Positions 18,057 to 25,364 are shown, numbered from the stretch's first letter. The stretch: 64,000 nt of DNA from a virus (IMGVR_UViG_3300027782_000030:1-64000); one strand, 5' to 3'. Made by a program: numbers and translations. The notes: generated by a model not told the origin, from the sequence alone.

Positions 18057-18564
18057 ATAATCTAGGTCTTGTTAGATGTTCATCTATTTTTTCTACTGTT
18101 TGAACATAATTATGCTTTTTGGCAAATACATTTAATTTTTCAAAAGTCCAAGGAAAAAAAGGAACATTAAAACATTCCTTATTTTCATGATCATGCCGTC
18201 CTGGGTTTAATCTCCAATATATTCTTGATGTCGGAGCTAAACAATTTACTACTTTGTCAATTTGCCGTTCTATAATTTCGGTATTGCCAAAATTTATACT
18301 GCCCAAACAAGTGGCTACATCAAATAATCTAGTTGGTTGATAATCCTCTATTGTACATTTAAAATCAGCTTGATCAAATGCAGGATCTATGCCTATAACA
18401 TTTTTTACTAGAGATTTAAAAGGATTAGTGCCACATCCTACATCTAACAACCATTCATTATCATTAATGAAGGTTGAGATTCTTGCGGGGCTAGTTAATC
18501 CTCTTGAGTCACCTGATACCCAATGTTTAGAAAAATATTTATTTATTAACGTTTGATCATGCAT
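18031..18564 (-). CDS. Class I SAM-dependent methyltransferase
   Basis: LLDVGCG, VIGID. Confidence 0.78.
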   Translation of the reverse strand: MHDQTLINKYFSKHWVSGDSRGLTSPARISTFINDNEWLLDVGCGTNPFKSLVKNVIGIDPAFDQADFKCTIEDYQPTRLFDVATCLGSINFGNTEIIERQIDKVVNCLAPTSRIYWRLNPGRHDHENKECFNVPFFPWTFEKLNVFAKKHNYVQTVEKIDEHLTRPRLYAEWHRTS

Positions 18565-18626
18565 TTAATCATTTACCGCAATTAGAAAAATATTTATTAT
18601 CTTATCTATACACGGAAAATATTATT

Positions 18627-18704
18627 TGGAAGTGCGGGTGGGATTCGCACCCACGGCTTTACGGATTTGCAATCCGTTCCATTGGACTACTCTGGCACCG
18701 CACT
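18627..18704 (-). tRNA. trnC: tRNA-Cys(GCA) with atypical T-loop
   Basis: ACGGA-TTGCAAA-TCCGT; U discriminator; T-loop TGCGAAT. Confidence 0.85.
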
Positions 18705-18705
18705 A

Positions 18706-18761
18706 TAGATCAGGCTTCGCACCTGACTGGACATTTGCTAGCGCACTCAGTTTAATGTCTA
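18706..18761 (-). ncRNA. tRNA-like small element with T-arm mimic
   Basis: TCAGG-TGCGAAG-CCTGA hairpin, GACATT/AATGTC stem, TAGA/TCTA closure. Confidence 0.4.
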
Positions 18762-18772
18762 AATCATCAACT

Positions 18773-18846
18773 TGGCAGGGGTATAGGGACTTGAACCCCA
18801 ACGAACGGAATCAAAATCCGGTATGCTACCATTACATCATACCCCA
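18773..18846 (-). tRNA. trnQ: tRNA-Gln(TTG)
   Basis: TT-TTG-AT loop; CCA. Confidence 0.9.
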
Positions 18847-18853
18847 ATTGTCT

Positions 18854-18930
18854 TGGTGGGTCCACCCGGACTCGAACCGGGAACTCTCAGTTTAAAAGAC
18901 TGATACTCTGACCAATTGAGTTATGGACCC
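18854..18930 (-). tRNA. trnK: tRNA-Lys(TTT)
   Basis: TCAGT-CTTTTAA-ACTGA; CCA. Confidence 0.93.
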
Positions 18931-18944
18931 GAAAACTTAGCTCC

Positions 18945-19054
18945 CCATTATAGAAGCACACTCGCATCTGCCTTTGGAGCCGCGTGTTCTCCGCCCTTGA
19001 TTCTAGACTAGTACTAGGGGCGTGTGCTCATTTACACCAGTGCTTCTATAATGG
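18945..19054 (-). ncRNA. tRNA-trailer structured RNA, copy type A
   Basis: Perfect 15-bp closing stem CCATTATAGAAGCAC/GTGCTTCTATAATGG with internal hairpins. Confidence 0.55.
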
Positions 19055-19127
19055 CTCCCCGGGGTAGGATCGAACTACCGACACCCTGATTAACAGTCAG
19101 GTGCAACTACCGCTGTGCTACCGGGGA
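19052..19127 (-). tRNA. trnN: tRNA-Asn(GTT)
   Basis: CCTGA-CTGTTAA-TCAGG; CCA. Confidence 0.93.
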
Positions 19128-19133
19128 ATAAAC

Positions 19134-19340
19134 TTACAACTCTACACGCTCACGAAAATAAGAGTCCCAACCCTCTTCAGGAGGAGCTCCTATTACACGA
19201 GTTTCAACAAAAAATCGGTAATCTCCAAAAGTTACAGTGTATTCACGGGCGGCGTCAACTGCCTGTGAACGTGATTCATAGACACCAAGAACTTCTGTCC
19301 CTTCAGGACCTTCATCAGTGACTAGAACATATACTTGCAT
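19134..19340 (-). CDS. Small hypothetical protein
   Basis: 68 aa; AAGGA RBS; consensus promoter upstream. Confidence 0.65.
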   Translation of the reverse strand: MQVYVLVTDEGPEGTEVLGVYESRSQAVDAAREYTVTFGDYRFFVETRVIGAPPEEGWDSYFRERVEL

Positions 19341-19381
19341 GATCGTTCCTTTGCTGTTCGTTTTTTCTCACTACAGAAACT

Positions 19382-19410
19382 ATTATACATGCCTACCGAT
19401 TAATTGTCAA
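19382..19410 (-). promoter_or_regulatory. sigma70-type promoter
   Basis: TTGACA-N17-TATAAT with TG. Confidence 0.85.
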
Positions 19411-19448
19411 ACGCTTGTTGCTAGTTGTTTTTTAGCAACAATTAAATT

Positions 19449-19525
19449 TGGTGCCTCCACCTGGATTTGAACCAGGGACTTCCACCTTATCAAGATGGCA
19501 CTCTGACCAACTGAGTTATAGAGGC
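19449..19525 (-). tRNA. trnI: tRNA-Ile(GAT)
   Basis: TT-GAT-AA loop; CCA. Confidence 0.93.
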
Positions 19526-19529
19526 TATT

Positions 19530-19604
19530 TGGTACTCGGTACGGGAGTCGAACCCGTCTTTCCAACGTGAAAGGCTAGCGTCCTAACCAATAGACGAACC
19601 GAGC
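19530..19604 (-). tRNA. trnE: tRNA-Glu(TTC)
   Basis: CT-TTC-AC loop; CCA. Confidence 0.92.
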
Positions 19605-19628
19605 AATAGTTGAGGGATAAATATTGCT

Positions 19629-20327
19629 ATGTTTAATTATAACTCAATATACATTAATTATGCAAATATGAGCATACCCTGGTGTCCAATGGACACGGCA
19701 CAACTCTATATGAAAAATCGTATTAAAAATATCAAAATGTTAAAACAAAACGGTTGGATAAATAATACTTTTGATTATTCATTTAATTCTAAAGGATTTA
19801 GATGTAAAGAGTTCACATCTGATCCTACAATTATGTTTTTAGGCTGTAGTTATACCTGTGGTATTGGGTTACCTGTTGAAACTATTTGGCCTGAATTAGT
19901 AGCCAAATCATTAAAAATGAAATGTGCTAATTTGGGACAGGGCGCAGGATCGTGTGATACTGCATTTAGATTATGTTTGGGATATATTGATAAAATTAAA
20001 CCAAAAATTGTTATTTTTTTACAGCCACCAAATATTCGTTGGGAATTAGTTTCAAAAAATAATATAAATTTATTAGGTATATGGGCAGTAGATAAGATTA
20101 GTAATTATAAAAGTTATATACAAGACTATAGCATTGACGAAAATAATAACTATTTTAATAGTTATAAAAATATTCTAGCAGTTGAATCGTTGTGTGAAAA
20201 AAGGCAAATAAAATTTTTGCATTTTGATTCATATAATCATGGCAAATCTGATTTAGCAAGAGATTTAGTACATCCCGGAATTGAGGCTAACTTACAATTT
20301 TCTACCATGGTATTATCTAAATTATAA
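19629..20327 (+). CDS. Hypothetical protein, SGNH-like
   Basis: FLGCSYTCG...DLARDLVHPG; own ATAAATA motif; antisense to flanking tRNAs. Confidence 0.6.
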   Translation: MFNYNSIYINYANMSIPWCPMDTAQLYMKNRIKNIKMLKQNGWINNTFDYSFNSKGFRCKEFTSDPTIMFLGCSYTCGIGLPVETIWPELVAKSLKMKCANLGQGAGSCDTAFRLCLGYIDKIKPKIVIFLQPPNIRWELVSKNNINLLGIWAVDKISNYKSYIQDYSIDENNNYFNSYKNILAVESLCEKRQIKFLHFDSYNHGKSDLARDLVHPGIEANLQFSTMVLSKL

Positions 20328-20337
20328 GGTTAATTTT

Positions 20338-20415
20338 TGGTCGGGGATGCAGGATTCGAACCTGCGACCTTCTGCTCCCAAAGCAGACCGTCTAACCGGA
20401 CTGACGTAATCCCCG
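20338..20415 (-). tRNA. trnP: tRNA-Pro(TGG)
   Basis: TCTGC-TTTGGGA-GCAGA; CCA. Confidence 0.93.
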
Positions 20416-20527
20416 AATTCTATGGCTCCGGTGGATGGAATCGAACCACCACTAGCGGTTTTGGAGACCGCCGCACTGCCATTATACTACACCGGAATTG
20501 TTTGGTGGAGTGTACTGGGATCGAACC
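20416..20527. repeat. 112-bp direct repeat A, copy 1 (tRNA-Trp plus 3' end of tRNA-Tyr)
   Basis: Identical to 21814-21925. Confidence 0.9.
20423..20496 (-). tRNA. trnW: tRNA-Trp(CCA), copy 1
   Basis: GCGGT-CTCCAAA-ACCGC; CCA. Confidence 0.92.
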
Positions 20528-20577
20528 CGTCTTTCCAGCGTGAAAGGCTAGCGTCCTAACCAATAGACGAACCGAGC
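20503..20577 (-). pseudogene. Chimeric tRNA: 5' tRNA-Glu(TTC) fused in the T-loop to 3' tRNA-Tyr
   Basis: 5' strand GCTCGGT cannot pair with 3' ACACTCC; junction in shared TTCGA. Confidence 0.85.
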
Positions 20578-20602
20578 AATTTATGTGTTATTAAGGTTTT
20601 AT
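20565..20602. repeat. 38-bp direct repeat B, copy 1 (tRNA-Glu 5' end plus leader)
   Basis: Matches 21276-21313 with one mismatch. Confidence 0.85.
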
Positions 20603-20655
20603 GTAATAATGGCTATATACAAATTTATTTTTATCAATAGTACTAAATAGTTAGT

Positions 20656-21276
20656 ATGAACCTCTATTCTACAACTCTTAAATTTGATTTACCTCTTTTT
20701 AAAACTAACCTAACACCCGTAGAATTTTTAAAAAATCATCCACTATGGGAAGATAGTATTAAAAAAAATCCTAACTCAATGAGTCATATTAAGTTAGACT
20801 GGCAAACTAATTTAAGTGACCAACTAAATCAATTCTTTTTAGATCATGATCTAGAAATTCGATTGTGCGAGGTTCTTTATAAGCCACCCAATGCATTTAG
20901 TAAAATACATATTGACGGTAACGATCCCTCCAAAAACGATTTAACTAAAATAAATTGGGTTATAGGCGGTGAAGATAGTAAAATGGTTTGGTATGATATC
21001 AAAGATTCCTATTACGCTAAGCCTTTAAGTGATTCATTGGTTAAAACCTCGACTTCATACGCGGCATATGCTATTGTTTATATACCAGAAGATGTCAATG
21101 AAGTATATAGTGAAAATATTCGAGGTCCTTCATTAGTACAAGTTGGTATACCTCACAATGTCATCACCAACAGTCAAGCACGTTGGTGTATGAGTATAAT
21201 TTTTAGAGATCTTAAACTTGGACGACGACCTACAATGATGGAAGCTAGAGAGATATTCAAACAGTATCTACCTTAA
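20656..21276 (+). CDS. 2OG-Fe(II) oxygenase-like (DSBH) protein
   Basis: HID...PHNV...RWCMSIIF (HxD...H...R). Confidence 0.6.
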   Translation: MNLYSTTLKFDLPLFKTNLTPVEFLKNHPLWEDSIKKNPNSMSHIKLDWQTNLSDQLNQFFLDHDLEIRLCEVLYKPPNAFSKIHIDGNDPSKNDLTKINWVIGGEDSKMVWYDIKDSYYAKPLSDSLVKTSTSYAAYAIVYIPEDVNEVYSENIRGPSLVQVGIPHNVITNSQARWCMSIIFRDLKLGRRPTMMEAREIFKQYLP

Positions 21277-21313
21277 GACGAACCGAGCAATTTATGTGTT
21301 ATAAAGGTTTTAT
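21276..21313. repeat. 38-bp direct repeat B, copy 2
   Basis: Matches 20565-20602. Confidence 0.85.
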
Positions 21314-21798
21314 TTATTAAGTACTTCTTTGATGTAATTCCAATCTTCATATAAACTTAAAGAGAATATAAATCTTGTTTCTGATGTTGGATTATTCACA
21401 CTGTGAATTACCGTAGTGTTAATTACACTAGGAAAAAGCTCATTGTAGGCATGTTCACAAATTAAATTAAGGTTTTCCGTACGAAAACATACAGGACTTT
21501 TACTCCAAGTTCCAATCAATGGAAAATTAATTGATGCTTTTCTAACTACATCTTTATGTGGTATTAAAACTTTGTACGGACTCAACTCTGAAAAAAATGT
21601 TTTTCTTAACTCAATTTCAAAAAAAGGAAATTGTTTATACAAATCTTCAAATACAGTGTTAAAGTTTGGTCTCAAATATTTAGTAGTTTTAATTTCATTT
21701 ACCCAAGATTCCTTAGGATAACTTTGCATTATATCAATAAGTGCTTGCTTATCCCATTTAATATTTGGCAATTCAATATAGCAATCATCATCGTTCAT
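21310..21798 (-). CDS. 2OG-Fe(II) oxygenase-like protein
   Basis: PHKD...SINFPL...IHSVNN...RFIFSLS. Confidence 0.65.
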   Translation of the reverse strand: MNDDDCYIELPNIKWDKQALIDIMQSYPKESWVNEIKTTKYLRPNFNTVFEDLYKQFPFFEIELRKTFFSELSPYKVLIPHKDVVRKASINFPLIGTWSKSPVCFRTENLNLICEHAYNELFPSVINTTVIHSVNNPTSETRFIFSLSLYEDWNYIKEVLNK

Positions 21799-21813
21799 TT
21801 TACTCTCTTTTAA

Positions 21814-21925
21814 AATTCTATGGCTCCGGTGGATGGAATCGAACCACCACTAGCGGTTTTGGAGACCGCCGCACTGCCATTATACTACACCGGAATTGTT
21901 TGGTGGAGTGTACTGGGATCGAACC
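21814..21925. repeat. 112-bp direct repeat A, copy 2
   Basis: Identical to 20416-20527. Confidence 0.9.
21821..21894 (-). tRNA. trnW: tRNA-Trp(CCA), copy 2
   Basis: Identical to 20423-20496. Confidence 0.92.
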
Positions 21926-21986
21926 AGTCGTGCCATAAAGACGGCGGATTTACAGTCCACTGCATCACCATTGATGCTTCCACTCC
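21901..21986 (-). tRNA. trnY: tRNA-Tyr(GTA)
   Basis: CT-GTA-AA loop; long variable arm; CCA. Confidence 0.93.
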
Positions 21987-22053
21987 ATATTGAAACACAC
22001 TCTTCTCTTTATGGTCGCCGCCTAGGTTCGGCTCAGAATGTGCTTCAATATGG
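21985..22053 (-). ncRNA. tRNA-trailer structured RNA, copy type B
   Basis: 15-bp stem CCATATTGAAGCACA/TGTGTTTCAATATGG with one G-U pair that works only on the minus strand; related to 18945-19054. Confidence 0.5.
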
Positions 22054-22126
22054 CGCGACTGGAGAGATTCGAACTCCCGACAGACCGGGTAGAAGCCGGA
22101 TACTCTATCCACTGAGTTACAGTCGC
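22051..22126 (-). tRNA. trnR: tRNA-Arg(TCT)
   Basis: CT-TCT-AC loop; CCA. Confidence 0.9.
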
Positions 22127-22130
22127 AATA

Positions 22131-22206
22131 TGGCTCCTCGACCTGGGCTCGAACCAGGGACCAACGGATTAACAGTCCGGCACTCTACCAACTGAGCTAT
22201 CGAGGA
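22131..22206 (-). tRNA. trnN: tRNA-Asn(GTT), second divergent copy
   Basis: CT-GTT-AA loop; CCA; sequence differs from 19052-19127. Confidence 0.93.
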
Positions 22207-23015
22207 AAAAATTTTGTAAATGTGTTATTTAATAACGTTGTATTTAAACCTCTAAAACTTAAATATTCTATCAAGAAAGATAAACTATTATTATTTTCTT
22301 TAATACGCAAATTTCTATGTATTCCTAAAACAAAACTGTTTTCATATATCTTTTCTAAGACTTTTTCTGTAGGCAATGAAGTTCGGTAATTCATAAACAA
22401 CTTATTCATGCCGCTACTACATTGTAGTAATTCTGAATTAGGTAAAAACATATTATATAATGCAAACTCACTTGGCAATTCATCCTCAAAAAATAATGAC
22501 GTATAATCAGTACAAATTATAGAATTGACTATAGATGCATTCATCTTATAAGGAGTCATATATTCAATATGAAGTTTTGGAATTTCTTTATTATATTTTT
22601 TAGAAGCTTTTTCTAAAAAAACATCTACATCCATTCGTTTTTTATTACCTTTATAATAAATGAACAAAGATCCATTACCGTGAGGTACATTCCAATCAGT
22701 AAGAGTGAATGGCTTTATAAAAAAATTCCTAGTATCTAATATCAAATAATTTTCAGTATTAATTTTTTTAGCAATTTCTAATTTTAGAATTTGCTGTTGC
22801 CGCCAGCCACATTGTAATACTAAATCGTTTTGTATTAGTACTAATTTATGTCTAGTATAATACGGCGACAATGCAGATTGCCACTGATTTAATTCAATTT
22901 TAGTATCCTGAATTATAACAAAATGAGTTACATTGTCTACTACAAATTCCAAACTTGATGCTTGCAATAACATTGCATCAAAATCGGTACTAAAGGTAAC
23001 AGTAACAAAATTCAT
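22197..23015 (-). CDS. DUF6492-like nucleotide-diphospho-sugar transferase
   Basis: GWRQQQILKL...NYLILDTRNFFIKP; stop inside tRNA-Asn. Confidence 0.55.
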   Translation of the reverse strand: MNFVTVTFSTDFDAMLLQASSLEFVVDNVTHFVIIQDTKIELNQWQSALSPYYTRHKLVLIQNDLVLQCGWRQQQILKLEIAKKINTENYLILDTRNFFIKPFTLTDWNVPHGNGSLFIYYKGNKKRMDVDVFLEKASKKYNKEIPKLHIEYMTPYKMNASIVNSIICTDYTSLFFEDELPSEFALYNMFLPNSELLQCSSGMNKLFMNYRTSLPTEKVLEKIYENSFVLGIHRNLRIKENNNSLSFLIEYLSFRGLNTTLLNNTFTKFFPR

Positions 23016-23046
23016 ATTTAAATTACTGTCAGTAATGAGGAGCTAT

Positions 23047-23250
23047 CTATTTCATCAAAACCATTACTTTTTCAAAAGTTTCCTCAACTTCCCATGTACC
23101 GTGGGGAGGAGCAAACACAAAAGTAACTTCTTCTGATGTTCCATCTTCACGCAAGATAGTACTTCTATGTACCGTTGCAATCAAATCTTTTCTAATTGCG
23201 ACTTTTTTCCCTTTATGTGCGGGGTTAGCGTTGGTGAGTTTAATAAACAT
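23047..23250 (-). CDS. Small protein, FlbD-like
   Basis: MFIKLTN...DLIATV...V.ET.E.V pattern (weak). Confidence 0.5.
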   Translation of the reverse strand: MFIKLTNANPAHKGKKVAIRKDLIATVHRSTILREDGTSEEVTFVFAPPHGTWEVEETFEKVMVLMK

Positions 23251-23272
23251 TGTATTTTCTTTTAAAGTAAAT

Positions 23273-23348
23273 TGGTGCCCCCTGACGGATTCGAACCGCC
23301 GACCTACTGATTACAAATCAGTTGCGCTACCAGCTGTGCCAAGAGGGC
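23273..23348 (-). tRNA. trnT: tRNA-Thr(TGT)
   Basis: ACTGA-TTTGTAA-TCAGT; CCA. Confidence 0.95.
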
Positions 23349-23372
23349 GTGTTAATATTTAATTAGTATACA

Positions 23373-23933
23373 CTAACTCAATAAAATTCTACTATGTTTT
23401 GGTAATCCTGCTCTTAAATAATCCATCTGATCAGCCAAAATATTACGATTTTGTAATATCATATTTTCAAAATGATTTGGCACATATGGAACATATAGAA
23501 GTTCCATTCTTGCCTCTTTAAGAGTTTTACACCCTTTCATAGCGTTACAATCTCTACACGCCGTAACTACATTCATCCATACATTTTCCCCACCTTTGCT
23601 TTTGGGGATAATATGGTCTCTGCTTAGGCTGTTAACATTGGGAAAATAATCACCACAATATGCACAGATATGTCTATCTCTACCAAACAATGTTCTATTG
23701 CCTAGTGCTACTTTACTATGCTTAGTTGGATTAAATCCATGTCCTTTGATAGCAATAATTGATTGAGTTTCAATGTAACTTAGTTCGCCATTGCGTTGAA
23801 TTCCACCACGATATTTAGCCACAATTTCACCCATAGTCCATGCAACACTTTTGGTTGCATGGTAAAGAATTGCGTTATCATATGAAATCCACTGTCGGGG
23901 CGTTCCCGATATATCCAGTGCTAAAACTGACAT
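23373..23933 (-). CDS. HNH endonuclease (McrA-like)
   Basis: RDRHICAYCG...DHIIPKSKGG...NVVTACRDCN..KG. Confidence 0.9.
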   Translation of the reverse strand: MSVLALDISGTPRQWISYDNAILYHATKSVAWTMGEIVAKYRGGIQRNGELSYIETQSIIAIKGHGFNPTKHSKVALGNRTLFGRDRHICAYCGDYFPNVNSLSRDHIIPKSKGGENVWMNVVTACRDCNAMKGCKTLKEARMELLYVPYVPNHFENMILQNRNILADQMDYLRAGLPKHSRILLS

Positions 23934-23963
23934 TAAAAACTCCTTTTTACTAACTATTTACAT

Positions 23964-24030
23964 TATGGACAATTTGGTAGAAATATCTATATGATACGCA
24001 CCGCATTATACTAAATATATCTACACCATA
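23964..24030 (-). ncRNA. Interrupted hairpin in the tRNA-Arg trailer
   Basis: TATGG/CCATA and GTAGA/TCTAC nested stems. Confidence 0.3.
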
Positions 24031-24033
24031 CTA

Positions 24034-24110
24034 TGGTGCACCCTGAGAGATTCGAACTCCCGACCTTTGGTTTCGAAGACCAACACTCTAATCCACTGAG
24101 TTAAGGATGC
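24034..24110 (-). tRNA. trnR: tRNA-Arg(TCG)
   Basis: TTGGT-CTTCGAA-ACCAA; CCA. Confidence 0.92.
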
Positions 24111-24112
24111 AA

Positions 24113-24292
24113 TTATGCAAGTTTACTTTCTGGTATTTTTTTAAGAGAATCTTTGCGAACCAAACAATCTCTTTGAGTACCATATTTAAACACACGCAAA
24201 TATTCAATACCATCAATCAACCTAATGTCGTTAGGGTTCTTACATGAATATTTTTCTTTATTAACTAAATTTTCAAAATATGTTGTTTTCAT
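24113..24292 (-). CDS. Small hypothetical protein (59 aa, MKTTYFENL...)
   Basis: AAGGAG RBS; below ORF-track cutoff. Confidence 0.6.
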   Translation of the reverse strand: MKTTYFENLVNKEKYSCKNPNDIRLIDGIEYLRVFKYGTQRDCLVRKDSLKKIPESKLA

Positions 24293-24310
24293 GATTACTC
24301 CTTATAATGA

Positions 24311-24495
24311 ACACTCTGGGGCCTCGCCTTACCAGGGCAAGCCTATGTCCGTCCCAAAGTGTGTAGTAAAACATACTACAATGTAATATGCTTTACTACT
24401 CGGTATTTTTCAAGCCACATGAGACTATCCATCCACCGCGCCGCCCGTTTCTCCTATTTATAGTGCGGAGTAGGTCCTCGTTACCTTACACTGTC
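24311..24495 (-). ncRNA. Putative structured RNA or 5' leader directly after a sigma70 promoter
   Basis: 13-bp stem GTAGTAAAGCATA/TATGTTTTACTAC, 10-bp ACACTTTGGG/CCCAGAGTGT, GGCTTGCC/GGCGAGGCC, AGGT/ACCT; no ORF. Confidence 0.6.
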
Positions 24496-24500
24496 TTTCA

Positions 24501-24529
24501 ATTGTATCTCAATCTTCCTTTTCTGTCAA
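24501..24529 (-). promoter_or_regulatory. sigma70-type promoter at the head of the tRNA array
   Basis: TTGACA-N17-TACAAT. Confidence 0.8.
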
Positions 24530-24533
24530 CCAT

Positions 24534-24560
24534 AAAAAAACCTCGGAATATTCCGAGGTT
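24534..24560 (-). terminator. Intrinsic terminator (attenuator terminator)
   Basis: AACCTCGGAA-TA-TTCCGAGG followed by a T7 tract. Confidence 0.85.
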
Positions 24561-24584
24561 CTGATAATTTGTATGATTTACTTG

Positions 24585-24680
24585 TTATCCAAACCTCGGA
24601 GTAGCCCTTCTATTAGATAGAGGATAGGCTGTCTCCAACGACCATGATTTAATATAGGTTGATAAGAAACAAGTTTTCAT
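24585..24680 (-). CDS. Putative 31-aa attenuator leader peptide MKTCFLSTYIKSWSLETAYPLSNRRATPRFG
   Basis: Its last 16 nt are complementary (15/16) to the terminator 5' arm and flank; follows CATAAATA. Confidence 0.6.
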   Translation of the reverse strand: MKTCFLSTYIKSWSLETAYPLSNRRATPRFG

Positions 24681-24685
24681 AAAGC

Positions 24686-24693
24686 TATTTATG
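24686..24693 (-). promoter_or_regulatory. T4-late-like promoter
   Basis: CATAAATA 5 nt upstream of the leader ATG. Confidence 0.6.
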
Positions 24694-24715
24694 CCTCATA
24701 AATTATTTTAAATAA

Positions 24716-25318
24716 TTACCAACTAGCTAACACACAATACCTAGTGTATACTTCCAATGGCAATGTCCAAGCATCTTCTATTTTAAATCCACGAGCTACT
24801 AACTCTTGTATCAAAGGATCGGTACTAGTAACTGTATTAATATGTGTATCTATTTGAAAATCGGTGCTTTGTAGATAAACATATCCTGAATCAGACTTTT
24901 TAAAGTTTAGCCAATCATAGTTCATGTGTTCACATGACGTATTAACTATCAATGTCTCATTCTTAATATTATCTTCCCACGCATTACATTGAGTTACATC
25001 GGCGATGATTGATTTAAAGTCCCAATCATAGTTTAATTTTCTACTGAAATTAGCCCAAAAATGATCTAGTTCAATTCCTATAGCACTTTTGATAATATCA
25101 TGTTCATGTAACATATGGGGCAGCATACCATGCCACTGACCCATAAAGATACAATAATAATCAGTTAAATTAGATAGATGTTTAACTGCACCTATCTTGC
25201 TATGCAGTTGTGAATAAGTTAACCCATGTCTTAGATGCCTATGTGTGGCTTCATCAACATTTAAACCCCATTCACTAACTTGTATGAGTCGCCCAATTGA
25301 ATTGGCTAGTTTTTCCAT
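24716..25318 (-). CDS. Class I methyltransferase-like phage protein
   Basis: MGQWHG...GIELD...VNTSCEHM. Confidence 0.6.
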   Translation of the reverse strand: MEKLANSIGRLIQVSEWGLNVDEATHRHLRHGLTYSQLHSKIGAVKHLSNLTDYYCIFMGQWHGMLPHMLHEHDIIKSAIGIELDHFWANFSRKLNYDWDFKSIIADVTQCNAWEDNIKNETLIVNTSCEHMNYDWLNFKKSDSGYVYLQSTDFQIDTHINTVTSTDPLIQELVARGFKIEDAWTLPLEVYTRYCVLASW

Positions 25319-25364
25319 ATACTATATTTAATATATGAGTTAGGTTTAATAATATAAATATTGT

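Noticed and set aside
18626-22195. ORFs 18626-18895, 19115-19321, 20337-20543, 21885-22112 and 21896-22195
   Set aside because: They overlap tRNA genes or lie antisense to a better-supported ORF; no coding signal
9257-24110. Suppressor tRNAs or stop-codon reassignment
   Set aside because: No CTA, TTA or TCA anticodon among the tRNAs, and conserved genes (nrdA, nrdB, pstS) are intact in the standard code
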